A DNA stretch of 64,000 nt from Macrostomum lignano. Lineage: Eukaryota. The stretch lies in assembly GCA_002269645.1 (NCBI GenBank), contig NIVC01000319.1, positions 372,001-436,000 of the forward strand, written 5' to 3'. Positions 47,546-59,865 of this stretch are shown in pieces (within the stretch, counting starts at the first letter, position 1; the number at the start of each line of letters is the position of its first letter). The position numbers and the translations under genes were made by a program. Under the pieces are notes generated by a model. The model made no database searches, was not told the DNA's origin, and saw only the letters and a program-made list of their open reading frames with translations.

Positions 47546-47616
47546 TCTCTGTTCCATCCGAGTGTTAAGTCTTTGTCCTGTCCCAGTCTGAGCGCCAGCG
47601 CCCCTCCCTCCGCCAG

Positions 47617-48063
47617 GTGACGCGGGCCGCCATCTGCATGTGCTGCGAGTCGGCCGGGCTGCTGATGCCGGGCAAGAAGCGCCGGGACAAGGCCATCGCC
47701 AAGCTGCTTGGCGACCGGCCGGCCATGCAGCACAGCGGCTGCAGCGTCAATATCACCGTCACTACGCAGAGCATCAACGTGGTTGCCATGGATACGCAGG
47801 CGGTGATAGCCAACCACGATCTGGTTAACGTGTCCTTCGCCAGCGGCGGCGACGCCGACACCATGGACTACGTTGCCTACGTTGCTAAGGACGCTCTCCA
47901 GGGCCGGGCCTGTTACGTAATCGAATGTCCGGACGGCCTGGCCTCGGACGTGGTGTCCACTATCGGCCAGGCGTTCGAGTTGCGCTACAAAGGCCTCTAC
48001 TGCGCACCGGTGGCCTCCACGGCCCCTGCGTCTGCCGCCGCTGCGCCTGCGGCTTCCGGTTAT
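47617..48063 (+). CDS. Shc: Shc exon 2 (PTB core)
   Basis: VSFASGGDADTMDYVAYVAKDALQGRACYVIECPDGLASDVVSTIGQAFELRY is the Shc PTB, with pTyr-binding S151/K169/R175 equivalents kept. Acceptor cgccag|GTG; donor TAT|GTGAGT. Confidence 0.95.
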
Positions 48064-48224
48064 GTGAGTTTGGCGTACTTTGTCCTGCTTGTGAATCATT
48101 CTTTGCGCAAGCTCTCAGATGCTGTAGCGCCACTGGCACAGACTTACTTTGGGTATACCGGTAGATATAGATGAAATTCATTGTAGGAGAAATGCTTTAC
48201 TAAACCCAGTAGCAGCAGCAAGTG

Positions 48225-48994
48225 CCTCACAACTTCCGGCAGTCTTAGCACTGAAACTTTTCCAGCTACAGACTATGTTACACTTGTGAGAGATTGAACT
48301 CAGTTATGTGCAGCCGAGAGTTGGCCCTGCATCTGTCAGCATCTTTTGCTGATTGCCGATTTGTCTGGGCCATAGTGAGCGCTGCGTACAGACTCTCCCA
48401 GATCCCCATGCTGTCATACAGACTCTCCCAGATCCCCATGCTGTTATACAGACTCTCCCAGATCCCCATGCTGTTATACAGACTCTTCCAGATCCCCATG
48501 CTGTCATACAGACTCTCCCAGATCCCCATGCTGTAATACAGACTCTCCCAGATCCCCATGCTGTCATACAGACTCTCCCAGATCCCCATGCTGGGACACA
48601 GACTCTTCCAGATCCCCATGCTGTTATACAGACTCTTCCAGATCCCCATGCTGTCATACAGACTCTCCCAGATCCTCATGCTGTTATACAGACTCTCCCA
48701 GATCCTCATGCTGTTATACAGACTCTCCCAGATCCTCATGCTGTTATACAGACTCTCCCAGACCCCGTGGTGATACAAAAAATGTACAGCACAGCCATTA
48801 GTTAGATAATTGTAAATTTATTAAATCATGTCCTCACAATTTCCGGCAGTCGTAGCCCCCACCCGCAGCTACAGACTATGTTACACTTGTGAGAGATTGA
48901 ACTCAGTTATGTGCAGCCGAGAGTTGGCCCTGCATCTGTCAGCACCTTTTGCTGATTGTGGATTTGTCTTGGCCATAGTGAGAGCTGCGCACAG
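48225..48994. repeat. Composite repeat block, copy 1: A-(30-mer)n-B-A
   Basis: A = cctcacaa(t/c)ttccggcagtc...gctgcg(t/c)acag (~165 bp); 30-mer = acagactctcccagatccccatgctgtcat. Partial A also at 46603. Confidence 0.9.
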
Positions 48995-49319
48995 AATTCA
49001 ATTTTATGTATAAAAACAGAAATACTGCGCCTATCCCGGATCCTCATTTTCTTGGCCAGCCTCCCAGATCGTCAGTAGCTGGGCACGCTAGTAGCCAACT
49101 TCCCAGATCCTTTAAGTAGTCCTAAAGTAAAAGCTTAAAAACTTAAAAACGGGTAGCCAGCAGTCTCTATAAAGCTGTCGTAGCGTCAGTTCGATCCTAC
49201 GTACGTCGAAACTTTTACACCGCGGAAATAGGAACTAAGAACGATTTTATCTTACGATGGCTTTATAGAACGGGCGGGCCCTTTGTCAATTAAATATGAG
49301 CTGCCTTTGGCTTTAAAAA

Positions 49320-50713
49320 TTAAAAAGTATTTAAGTTACACCTGAGCGGCATGCCAGTCGGCAAAGCAGGGGGCTGCGCAGCGCACAGTCCAGGGTTGCC
49401 TTCACAGGAGCCGCAGCCGAACACGGTTTTCTTGGCCTGGCCGTTCTTGTAGCACTGCCTGCACCGCTTCGTTGGTCGGGCTTGCGCTTCGGTGGCTTCA
49501 ATGCGCTTCAGCGAGTGCTGTTGGTGAGCCACTGCTGGCTGCTGCTGTGCCCAAGCAGCTCTTACACGACCTGGTCCAGAGGAGTCGATAAAGTTCTTGT
49601 TTATGGTCTCCAGAAACTTTAAAAACTCCAGTGTACCGCCACACGATCGGTACACAACCCAGCCGTTTCTGGACAGTACAAGAAAAAGGTTCGCGCCGAG
49701 CTTTGTGGGCCACTTCTGAGTCCGCCGGCATGGGTTGTATGGCTGCAAGGCAGAGTTCCAGCCTGTCGACACCACCTATAAATCTGTTTTATGAGTTGTT
49801 TCCATCGAAGTTATTGCAGTCATAGAAGCGCAGCTGGCTACTGATCTGTTGGTACCTGTCCCTTGTTAGGCAAGCGAGTTTTTGGAAGAAAGGTGCTGCG
49901 TAGAAATCATCTTTGCTCCAATAGTTGGCGGTCTCGGGCTTTTTAACTATTCCCATGTAAAGCGACATGGCGACAAACTTCTTCATCTCGTCCACGGTCA
50001 CGTCTTTCCACGCAGAGAACCTTTGAGGCAAGTTTGGCATCGATGCTTGTAACTCGTCGAATTTGCGCCACGCTGCGCATTGGTCCAAGCGCAGAGCTGT
50101 TGCAGCAGGTCAGCAGTCAGAAACAGCTTGAAAAACGCAGCCGGATCGTCATCGGCAGTCTCTGGCAAGTCAGGATCCATACCAGGCATTCCCAAGAACT
50201 CGGGCTCTGCATCTGGCCGTTGATCCTGCCCAGCTTCCCGTGCCACCCAAGCATCATTTGGCAAGCCTCTGGCGTCTTCATTTGGCTGGAGATGCAGGTC
50301 CTCCTCTTCTTCATCTTCAACCTCGTCCGCTGCTAGCCAGCCTTCCTCCTCCTGTAGTTCGGAGTCGGTATCCGGATCAAATTAATTAACTAATCAATCA
50401 ATTAATTAATTAATCAATCAAACAAATTAATTAAATAAATCAATTAATTAATTAGCACTTGACTTTGATCATGTAACTTCAAGCTTTCTTGATTTGATGA
50501 ATTCCACAATTTTACTGTGTCATTTATACCCACCCACCCGTCCATCAGGCATCAACCCCACACCACTTTGTTTTTTGCTTTCATGTTTATCCTTTTCTGC
50601 TACGAGTATAAGCTAATCCGCCGGCTATCGCAGGCTACGGGGGTGTAAAAAATATGCTAAAATAGTCTATGGCCTGCTCTGCAGGCCATTCCGCAAGCTA
50701 CGCTGGTAAGGGG
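49320..50713 (-). mobile_element. Internally deleted, frameshifted piggyBac (PGBD-like) remnant
   Basis: N-terminal pieces DPAAFFKLFLT..WTNAQ and WKDVTVDEMKKFVAMSLYMG..YWS..LRFYD are joined directly to NRFIGGVDRL. These are followed by RRTQKWPTK and a Cys-rich domain (KRCRQC..CGSC..GLC). Possible terminus AAGGGG|TTTTAA at 50713; the other end was not found. Confidence 0.85.
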
Positions 50714-50740
50714 TTTTAAACGCTGGTACTAAAAAGAAAG

Positions 50741-51690
50741 TCTTCACAATTTCCGGCAGTCGTAGCCCCCACCCGCAACTACAGACTATGTTACACTTGT
50801 GAGAGATTGAACTCAGTTATGTGCAGCCGAGAGTTGGCCCTGCATCTGTCAGCATCTTTTGCTGATTGCCGATTTGTCTGGGCCATAGTGAGCGCTGCGT
50901 ACAGACTCTCCCAGATCCCCATGCTGTTATACAGACTCTTCCAGATCCCCATGCTGTTATACAGACTCTCCCAGATCCCCATGCTGTCATACAGACTCTT
51001 CCAGATCCCCATGCTAGGACACAGACTCTCCCAGATCCCCATGCTGTCATACAGACTCTCACAGATCCCCATGCTGTCATACAGACTCTTCCAGATCCCC
51101 ATGCTGGGACACAGACTCTTCCAGATCCCCATGCTGTTATACAGACTCTCCCAGATCCCCATGCTGTCATACAGACTCTTCCAGATCCCCATGCTAGGAC
51201 ACAGACTCTCCCAGATCCCCATGCTGTCATACAGACTCTCACAGATCCCCATGCTGTCATACAGACTCTTCCAGATCCCCATGCTGGGACACAGACTCTC
51301 CCAGATCCCCATGCTGTTATACAGACTCTCCCAGATCCCCATGCTGTTATACAGACTCTCCCAGATCCCCATGCTGTTATACAGACTCTCCCAGATCCCC
51401 ATGCTGTCATACAGACTCTCCCAGATCCTCATGCTGTTATACAGACTCTCCCAGACCCCGTGGTGATACAAAAAATGTACAGCACAGCCATTAGTTAGAT
51501 AATTGTAAATTTATTAAATCATGTCCTCACAATTTCCGGCAGTCGTAGCCCCCACCCGCAGCTACAGACTATGTTACACTTGTGAGAGATTGAACTCAGT
51601 TATGTGCAGCCGAGAGTTGGCCCTGCATCTGTCAGCACCTTTTGCTGATTGTGGATTTGTCTTGGCCATAGTGAGCGCTGCGTACAGACT
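50741..51690. repeat. Composite repeat block, copy 2: A-(30-mer)n-B-A
   Basis: Direct duplicate of 48225-48994 with more 30-mers. Confidence 0.9.
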
Positions 51691-52189
51691 TGACTGCTAA
51701 AGTGACCCTAAGCAATGTCTAATTGTTTAATTAGGGTCTCTGATTGGCTAAATAAACTTTAGTCAGTTATCTTATTCATTAATTTATACATGGAAGTGGC
51801 TGTGGCACTGCAGCTGCCTGCCCAAGTGTATCCTATTCAGGTGTGTAAAGCAAATTGGAAGGCCACAAAAGCTTAAATAAGTTGGCTACAGTTGTCGAGC
51901 CAGGCATTGAGTTTGATTTCTCTAGGCTAATTACATGCATAAGCTAAACATGGAGATACACTGGCGTATTTCCCCCCCCCTCATCTTCTTTGGCCAGCCT
52001 CCACTGTAGTCCTACACCTTCACTGTGTGCAATTTGCGTCGCTAATTTAGTTTGTTAATGATACGCCTTGACATTTTGGACCCGTGTGGGCTGCAAGTGT
52101 TAATTGTGTGTGCCAGCCCCTCTGCTCGCTTATCGAGTGGTCGAATCTGACAGACAGCCAAATGTCATTGCGGTTTTATTTACTGCCAT

Positions 52190-52856
52190 CGCTATCATTA
52201 TTATCACCATAAACGCCATCATCATCACCATCATCATCACCATCATCATCAACACCGTCATCATCATCACCGTCACCACCACCATCATCACCGTCACCAC
52301 CACCATCATCACACCATCATCACCACCATCATCATCACCATCATCACACCATCATCACCACCATCATCATCACCATCATCAACACCATCACCATCAACAC
52401 CGTCACCATCATCATCACCATCACCATCATCATCATCATCACCATCATCAACACCGTCACCATCATCACCATCATCATCACCATCATCAACACCATCACC
52501 ATCATCATCACCATCATCAACACCATCACCATCATCATCACCGTCATCAACACCGTCATCAACACCGTCACCATCATCATCACCATCATCAACACCATCA
52601 CCATCATCATCACCATCATCAACACCGTCACCATCATCATCACCATCATCAACACCGTCACCATCATCATCACCATCATCAACACCGTCACCATCACCAT
52701 CATCATCACCATCATCACCATCATCATCACCATCATCACCATCATCATCACCATCATCAACACCATCACCATCACCATCATCATCACCATCATCATCATC
52801 ACACCATCACCATCACCATTACCATCATCAACACCGTCACCATCAGCATCAGCATC
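52190..52856. repeat. (CAT/CAC)n degenerate trinucleotide satellite
   Basis: About 220 triplets with frame-shifting interruptions. Confidence 0.95.
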
Positions 52857-52876
52857 TCTGCCCATCCACCCATCAG

Positions 52877-52988
52877 AGGCCCGGGACGAACGGGGCGGCC
52901 CATCAGCCGGCGGCCTTCACTCCTAGCGCGGATGCTCAGCAGAAGCCCAGCAGCAAGCAGAACGACAGCAGAGGCGGCATCGGCTTGG
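52877..52988 (+). CDS. Shc: Shc exon 3 (CH1 linker), predicted
   Basis: catcag|AGG (phase 0) to TTG G|GTGAGC (phase 1) bridges the phase-0 exon-2 donor and the phase-1 exon-4 acceptor. Reads RPGTNGAAHQPAAFTPSADAQQKPSSKQNDSRGGIGL. Confidence 0.68.
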
Positions 52989-53243
52989 GTGAGCACGGAT
53001 TCTCTGATCAACTGTAAATCCTTGTGTTGAGCAGTCAAGCCAGAAGTCCGCAGTTAGTTGTCGTGGTTAAAAAATCTGTCTAATTACAATGACTTTGAAC
53101 CAGGCTTAAGTTAAACTATTCTACTGAATGTTCATTCTTCTCTACTGGTAGTAGAAATAAAGAAAGTCGCATGTATAAGTTAGCTCCTCTACTGGTAGTA
53201 GAAATAATAGAAATTTGCTAACTATATTTTTTTGATCGCTTAG

Positions 53244-53716
53244 AAGCGCCTGCTCCTGCGCTCCCGCCGCGCCTGGCGCCAGCCACGGCCGGCATCGATT
53301 CCGCCGCTGCGGCCACCGCTTCAAGCGCCTACCTGGTGCCGACACCCAGCGCAGCCGCCGACACCGCTGCGACGGGGCCTGAGCAGCCGTCGCTCTCACA
53401 GCCGTGGTACCACGGCCTGGTGACCCGCCTCGACGCGGAGGCCCTCCTGAAGTCCGAGGGCGACTATCTGGTCCGCTCCGCGTCCGGCCAGCCCGGACAG
53501 TTCGTGCTGAGCGGCCGCCTGTCCGGCTTGGGTCCTGGCGGACAGCCGAGGTTCAAGCACCTGCTGCTCATCGACCCTGAGGGCCGGGTTCGAACCCGGG
53601 ACCGAGTGTTCGACAGCGTGGAGCAGCTGATCCGCTTCCACTGCGACAGCCGGCTGCCGATTGTCAGCGAGGACAGCGAGCTGGTGCTGGGCCAGGCGGT
53701 GCACCGGCGCCGGTGA
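53244..53716 (+). CDS. Shc: Shc exon 4 (CH1 end + SH2 domain, stop)
   Basis: PWYHGLVTRLDAEALLKSEGDYLVRSA..GQFVLSG..KHLLLIDPEGRVRTRDRVFDSVEQLIRFH..LPIVS..LVLGQAV is the Shc SH2. Acceptor tttttttgatcgcttag (NAGNAG). Confidence 0.92.
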
Positions 53717-53879
53717 CTCTTCGGGCTGCTGCGGGGTTGACGTTGGCCCTGTAGCTGTAGCTGAGCCCTGTAGCTGTGCATATTTTTGAAGGCCTAACTT
53801 CGCTTCAGAATCACGGAGAAAACAAAGAAAAAACAAAAACCTGGAAGTCAGGGATGCTGAGGATATTTTTGTGTAGTAA

Positions 53880-54008
53880 TGGCGCTACTGTCTCACCCAA
53901 GGCGCCAACTTGGCGCTAATGTCTTACCAAAAGGCGCCAACTTGGCGCTAATGTCCCACCGAAGACGCCAACTTGGCGCTAATGTCTATCCGAAGGCGCC
54001 AACTTGGA
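53880..54008. repeat. 31-32-bp repeat x4 with perfect palindrome GCGCCAA-C-TTGGCGC
   Basis: Units start near 53901, 53933, 53964 and 53995. Confidence 0.9.
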
Positions 54009-54784
54009 TGCACCTACAGATGTAACCTGGAAATGTAAATTACTTTACTATATAAGTATTTGACCTTCATATGTCCTTGAGACGATAAATTGCCTATTTA
54101 GTGCTATGCAAAAGAGACAAATCCCTAAGCGAAATTGAGCCTTCAGAAATTTATGTAATTTTCAAGTGTGCAGTCTTCTACATGTAGCAGTGGTCTTTGT
54201 CTGTAACGGGGGGTCAGTTTTACGGGAAATCTATATAATTACAGTACATTCGGAATTCCAGATATCCCAGAGGACTTGCTTTTTGAATGCTGCTATTTAT
54301 AGTTTTGTTATACTTTTGAAGGGGGCGCCAGCCCTGACCCAAAGATTTCGGTGCGCTGATTCCGCCAGAATTTTCACTCTGTTAGTTTTTTCCCCGGGCC
54401 CGAAACTCAACCCGTTCAACTTCTGCGTCTTCCACGAAATCTTTCGGACTTCAGTTTTTGTTGGGCTTTGCGATTTCGCATTCACTACTGCACAGTAGTA
54501 TATAGATTTATTTGTCTACATTTTTATGCTTCTGCTGCATCAGTTCACTCATTAATAATCTATTTTTAATCTATTTTTATAATTATAAATATATTGCTTG
54601 TAATTATGTATTCGCGATGATCTCCATTTGAACAGCTTGTTTAGCTTTGTTTCTGAAGAAATTTTTTATCATTTGTGTATTTCTGCACTATGCACTGCTT
54701 TTGGATTTGCGACTCAGATAGATCAATGTTTGTGTGCACCGCCTTTTTATTTTTGTGCGGCTGTACCATTGTAGCCTGGGGTCT

Positions 54785-56462
54785 GGCTGATCTACCAGGC
54801 AGAGATCTATCTGATTTATCAGGCAGAGATCTATCTGATCTACCAGGCAGAGATCTATCTGATCTATCAGTCAGAGATCTATCTGATCTACCAGGCAGAA
54901 ATCTATCTGATCTATCAGTCAGAGATCTATCTGATCTACCAGTCAGAGATCTATCTGATCTATCAGTCAGAGATCTATCTGATCTACCAGGCAGAAATCT
55001 ATCTGATCTACCAGTCAGAGATCTATCTGATCTATCAGTCAGAGATCTATCTGATCTATAAATCAGAGATCTATCTGATCTATCAGTCAGAGATCTATCT
55101 GATCTATCAGTCAGGGATCTATCTGATCTACCAGTCAGGGATCTATCTGATCTATCAGTCAGAGATCTATCTGATCTACCAGTCAGGGATCTATCTGATC
55201 TATCAGTCAGAGATCTATCTGATCTATCAGTCAGAGATCTATCTGATCTATCAGTCAGAGATCTATCTGATCTACCAGGCAGAGATCTATCTGATCTACC
55301 AGGCAGAGATTTATCTGATCTATCAGTCAGAGATCTATCTGATCTACCAGTCAGAGATCTATCTGATCTACCAGTCAGAGATCTATCTGATCTACCAGTC
55401 AGAGATCTATCTGATCTATCAGTCAGAGATCTATCTGATCTATCAGTCAGAGATCTATCTGATCTATCAGTCAGAGATCTATCTGATCTATCAGTCAGAG
55501 ATCTATCTGATCTATCAGTCAGAGATCTATCTGATCTACCAGTCAGAGATCTATCTGATCTATCAGTCAGAGATCTATCTGATCTATCAGTCAGAGATCT
55601 ATCTGATCTATCAGTCAGAGATCTATCTGATCTATCAGTCAGAGATCTATCTGATCTATCAGTCAGAGATCTATCTGATCTACCAGTCAGAGATCTATCT
55701 GATCTACCAGTCAGAGATCTGACTGATAGATCTCTGACTGATCTATCTATCAGTCAGAGATCTATCTGATCTATCAGTCAGAGATCTATCTGATCTATAA
55801 GCCAGCGATCTATCTGATCTATCAGTCAGAGATCTATCTGATCTACCAGTCAGAGATCTATCTGATCTATCAGTCAGAGATCTATCTGATCTATCAGTCA
55901 GAGATCTATCTGATCTACCAGTCAGAGATCTATCTGATCTACCAGTCAGAGATCTATCTGATCTATCAGTCAGAGATCTATCTGATCTATCAGTCAGAGA
56001 TCTATCTGATCTATCAGTCAGAGATCTATCTGATCTATAAGGCAGCGATCTATCTGATCTATCAGTCAGAGATCTATCTGATCTATCAGTCAGAGATCTA
56101 TCTATCTGATCTACCAGGCAGAGATCTATCTGATCTATCAGTCAGAGATCTATCTGATCTACCAGTCAGAGATCTATCTGATCTACCAGTCAGATATCTA
56201 TCAGATCTATCAGTCAGATCTATCTGATCTACCAGGCAGAGATCTATCTGATCTATCAGTCAGAGATCTATCTGATCTATCAGTCAGAGATCTATCTGAT
56301 CTACCAGTCAGAGATCTATCTGATCTATCAGTCAGAGATCTATCTGATCTACCAGTCAGAGATCTATCTGATCTACCAGTCAGAGATCTATCTGATCTAT
56401 CAGTCAGAGATCTATCTGATCTACCAGGCAAGATCTATCTGATCTACCAGGCAGAGATCAGT
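54785..56462. repeat. 24-bp minisatellite (GATCTATCTGATCTATCAGTCAGA)n, ~70 copies
   Basis: Tandem array with one inverted unit near 55719-55743. Confidence 0.98.
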
Positions 56463-57034
56463 CAGGTCTATCTGCTATCCAGCGCTAATCCGGGAGCTGA
56501 CAATTTGTCAATAAGAATCCACCAATATGCTGTCAGTAGCCATGCATGCAATCCGGATGTCCCGCAGCTCACAGCCGGACCCGCACTATCACTGGAATCC
56601 GATTTTCATTGCTCTGCTCTGTTCGCAATCGCGGCAGCGACATTGTATGTTTTACGAGTAAATGTGTAATTTTGTAGAATTTTTTATCGATTACCAACGA
56701 ATCAAGTTGGATGAGTTTTTTAGCCAGATGAGAGTGATTTTATCAATTAAATATATTTAATCTATACGCGATCAAAGACGCTGTGTTCAGTTGATTTATT
56801 GCTGTCGTTTCTGCGCTTCAAATATAAATTCTGCTGCGGCTTCAGCTGGCGGCGATTTCCTTCAATTGTCTTTTTTCTGCTTTTCTTGGTTCATTGTGTA
56901 GGCCTCACTGCCTACTACCTAAGGTAAATTGTGTGCCTGTTAGTAGTAGTAGAATACCAATATTTAATGAAATAAATAGTTTATGAAATGCTTTAAAATT
57001 GTTTATTAATTTAGACTCAGTTGTCAGTCTGAGT

Positions 57035-57256
57035 CTAAAACACCGGTGAATGAGTCTTCATACCGGGAATCTACAAACACCGGTGAATGAGTCTTCATAC
57101 CGGGAATCTAAAAACACCAGTGAATGAGTTTTCATACCGGGAATCTAAAAACACCAGTGAATGAGTCTTCATACCAGGAATCTAAAAACACCGGTGAATG
57201 AGTCTTCATATCGAGAGGCTAAAACACCGGTGAATGAGTCTTCATACCGGGAATCC
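57035..57256. repeat. ~38-bp minisatellite with imperfect hairpin ccggtgaatgagtcttcataccgg, ~6 copies
   Basis: Tandem array. Confidence 0.9.
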
Positions 57257-57747
57257 GTAATTCGCTCCGGTGAATTAAAGGGTATCGCGATACGAGCCCT
57301 CTACAATAGGAGTGGTGCTTCTGAGCAAAAAGGCAGGTATCTCAGGCTCATGTACGCTCACTGATGCAGCGCACAAGTTTGCTTCACCACAGCCGCCTCC
57401 ATGCAATCTCGTGACTTCACAGGCAACTGGGCAGCAGAGATCTCATTTCCTGCGAAGCTGGCAGGGACCACTGTGAGGTGCGGCAGCCCCGTTGCCGAAC
57501 TCCATCAGCCAATCAGGCCGCCCGGTCTCTGCGTATCTGCGAGCCCAGCGCCCGGCTGCCTCTCCCTCCAGTGCTGCATCGCAATTCCGCGCAGATAAGC
57601 GGCTGGGCGGCCTGCTTTAGAGCGCCGGGTCCCCAGCTGCCTAAGCAATTCGTCCGCCCACCTGCACCCCAAGATTTGGCCGCCAACCCCCGCCCTGATT
57701 ACTTGAGCCTGATCATCGATTGTGCAGCCAGTCGTCTGCCAGTCAGC

Positions 57748-57877
57748 ATGTCCACCGCCTGCTGCCCAGCTGCCGACACTGAGGCTGCGGCCGCTGCCCG
57801 CATCAACAAGGAGATCGAGAAGCAGGTCAGAGCAGACTTCAAGCTGAGCCAGAAGGTCATTCAGCTGCTGCTGCTGG
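57748..57877 (+). CDS. Heterotrimeric G-protein alpha subunit exon 1 (Gq-like)
   Basis: MSTACCPAADTEAAAAARINKEIEKQVRADFKLSQKVIQLLLLG: CC palmitoylation motif, RINxEIExQ helix. Donor CTG G|GTGAGC at the usual LLLG| position. Confidence 0.9.
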
Positions 57878-57886
57878 GTGAGCGGC

Positions 57887-57887
<1 letters not shown>

Positions 57888-57930
<43 letters not shown>
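57888..57930. repeat. (GTCT)n microsatellite next to the G-alpha exon 1 donor
   Basis: About 11 perfect units. Confidence 0.95.
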
Positions 57931-57931
<1 letters not shown>

Positions 57932-59109
57932 CGTTTTTGTTTGCTCTTTATTTGCTATCTGCAGCACCCGCAGGTTTATTTGCAGCCACAATGGCCTCAC
58001 AATGTGGCGTTATGCACAGCGACTCCCACGAGGCAGTTCTGATCGTCCCGAGTGTCCCAATTAGCAGTCCGCCTGTCCCTGTTCTCTCCAGTGTATTCTC
58101 TGAAGAGAATTTGATGCGGCCTCAGGCTTCCATGATTCTGGGAATAACAAAGAGTTGTGCTTTGTGTTCGATGCACACTAATTTGCAGGAGAGCTGATGA
58201 GGCCTAATGTTGCTTGTGTCCCGTGTTTCTGCCCTGGATTCTGTTTGCTTTGAGATGCAGAGAGTAGTAACTGAGGATCTGGGAGGCTGGAACTGGAAGT
58301 CCCCGGCAGGCACGGTAATGATAGGGCAGAGTTTCACCGAGGATCTACTTCGTACAGAGTGGCTGCTACTCGCAGTAGTACTTTGTCTTTGGTTGCCGCC
58401 AAATGAAGCTCCATCCCGGAACTCGCATTAGCAGTCACCAGTCTCCAGGCAGCCCAGCTGGCCATCTGACAATAATCAGAGAATTCAGGCACTTAACACC
58501 CGCAGGCCATTTCATTTCGTATTTCTGTTTTTTTGGTGGGGTTGAAAAAATATGAAAGGCCCCGGCTGTGCCGGAGTCTGGGGCGGCTTGTCAAGTTAAT
58601 CAGCTGCATCTGCCAGCCAGGCCTGAGCTGATTCCCCCCCCCCCAATCCGGCCAAATCCCAATTGGGAAAATCAGGCGCATGGAGAGGCCGGGGCTATCG
58701 TCTCCACTGATCCGGTGGCCGCGTCACCTCGGCTCTCGCGTCTCCCCTGTCCCCCTTGCCCGCCGCCTTCATCATCACCGGTCTCGGCCTGAGCTGCTGC
58801 CGCTGCTCGCCATCACGAGAAATTGAGAACCCCAAAAATGGCGGCATTCGTCTCGTTTAGCCATGCAGCCGAAAAGCGGCTGGGGCGACGGTTCGGAGTG
58901 GGGCAGCGAGACTGGAGCTTGGCCTTTTGAATTGACAGCATAGATGGCTGTCGTGAGCGTGCTTGAATTTTCTCTGAATATGAGCTTTTTGTATGTTTTT
59001 TCTTGTTGCTCTTTTAGCCCCAAGCAATGGTATTGTACTTTATTCTTAGTGCATTTCATTTAGATTACTTTTGTGTGGCGTTTTTGAGACTGGCTTGGGG
59101 TTCCCGCAG

Positions 59110-59865
59110 TTTATAACCCTGGATAATTGTTAGTGGCTGGGGTTGGCGCAGTTCTTAACCCTGGGTTATTGTTAGTGGCTGGGGTTGGCGCAGTTTATAA
59201 CCCTGGGTTATTGTTAGTGGCTGGGGTTGGCGCAGTTTATAACCCTGGGTTGTTGTTAGTGGCTGGGGTTGGCGCAGTTTATAACCCTGGGTTATTGTTA
59301 GTGGCTGGGGTTGGCGCAGTTTATAACCCTGGGTTAGTGCCCTTAGTGGCTGGGGTTGGCGCAGTTCCGTGGGTTATTGTTAGTGGCTGGGGTTGGCGCA
59401 GTTTATAACCCTGGGTTATTGTTAGTGGCTGGGGTTGGCGCAGTTTATAACCCTGGGTTAGTGCCCTTAGTGGCTGGGGTTGGCGCAGTTCCGTGGGTTA
59501 TTGTTAGTGGCTGGGGTTGGCGCAGTTTATAACCCTGGGTTATTGTTAGTGGCTGGGGTTGGCGCAGTTTATAACCCTGGGTTAGTGCCCTTAGTGGCTG
59601 GGGTTGGCGCAGTTCCGTGGGTTATTGTTAGTGGCTGGGGTTGGCGCAGTTTATAACCCTGGGTTATTGTTAGTGGCTGGGGTTGGCGCAGTTTATAACC
59701 CTGGGTTAGTGCCCTTAGTGGCTGGGGTTGGCGCAGTTCCGTGGGTTATTGTTAGTGGCTGGGTTTGGCGCAGTTTATAACCCTGGTTAATTGTTAGTGG
59801 CTGGGGTTGGCGCAGTTTATAACCCTGGGTTAGTGCCCTTAGTGGCTGGGGGTTGGCGCAGTTTA
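59110..59865. repeat. 42-bp minisatellite with higher-order variants
   Basis: Unit ccctgggttattgttagtggctggggttggcgcagtttataa. Confidence 0.96.

Noticed and set aside
52104-53030. Poly-His 308-aa ORF; ~17 His-rich codons are in frame just upstream of Shc exon 3
   Set aside because: The array shifts frame twice, variants follow microsatellite decay rather than codon constraint, and a good acceptor exists at 52876.
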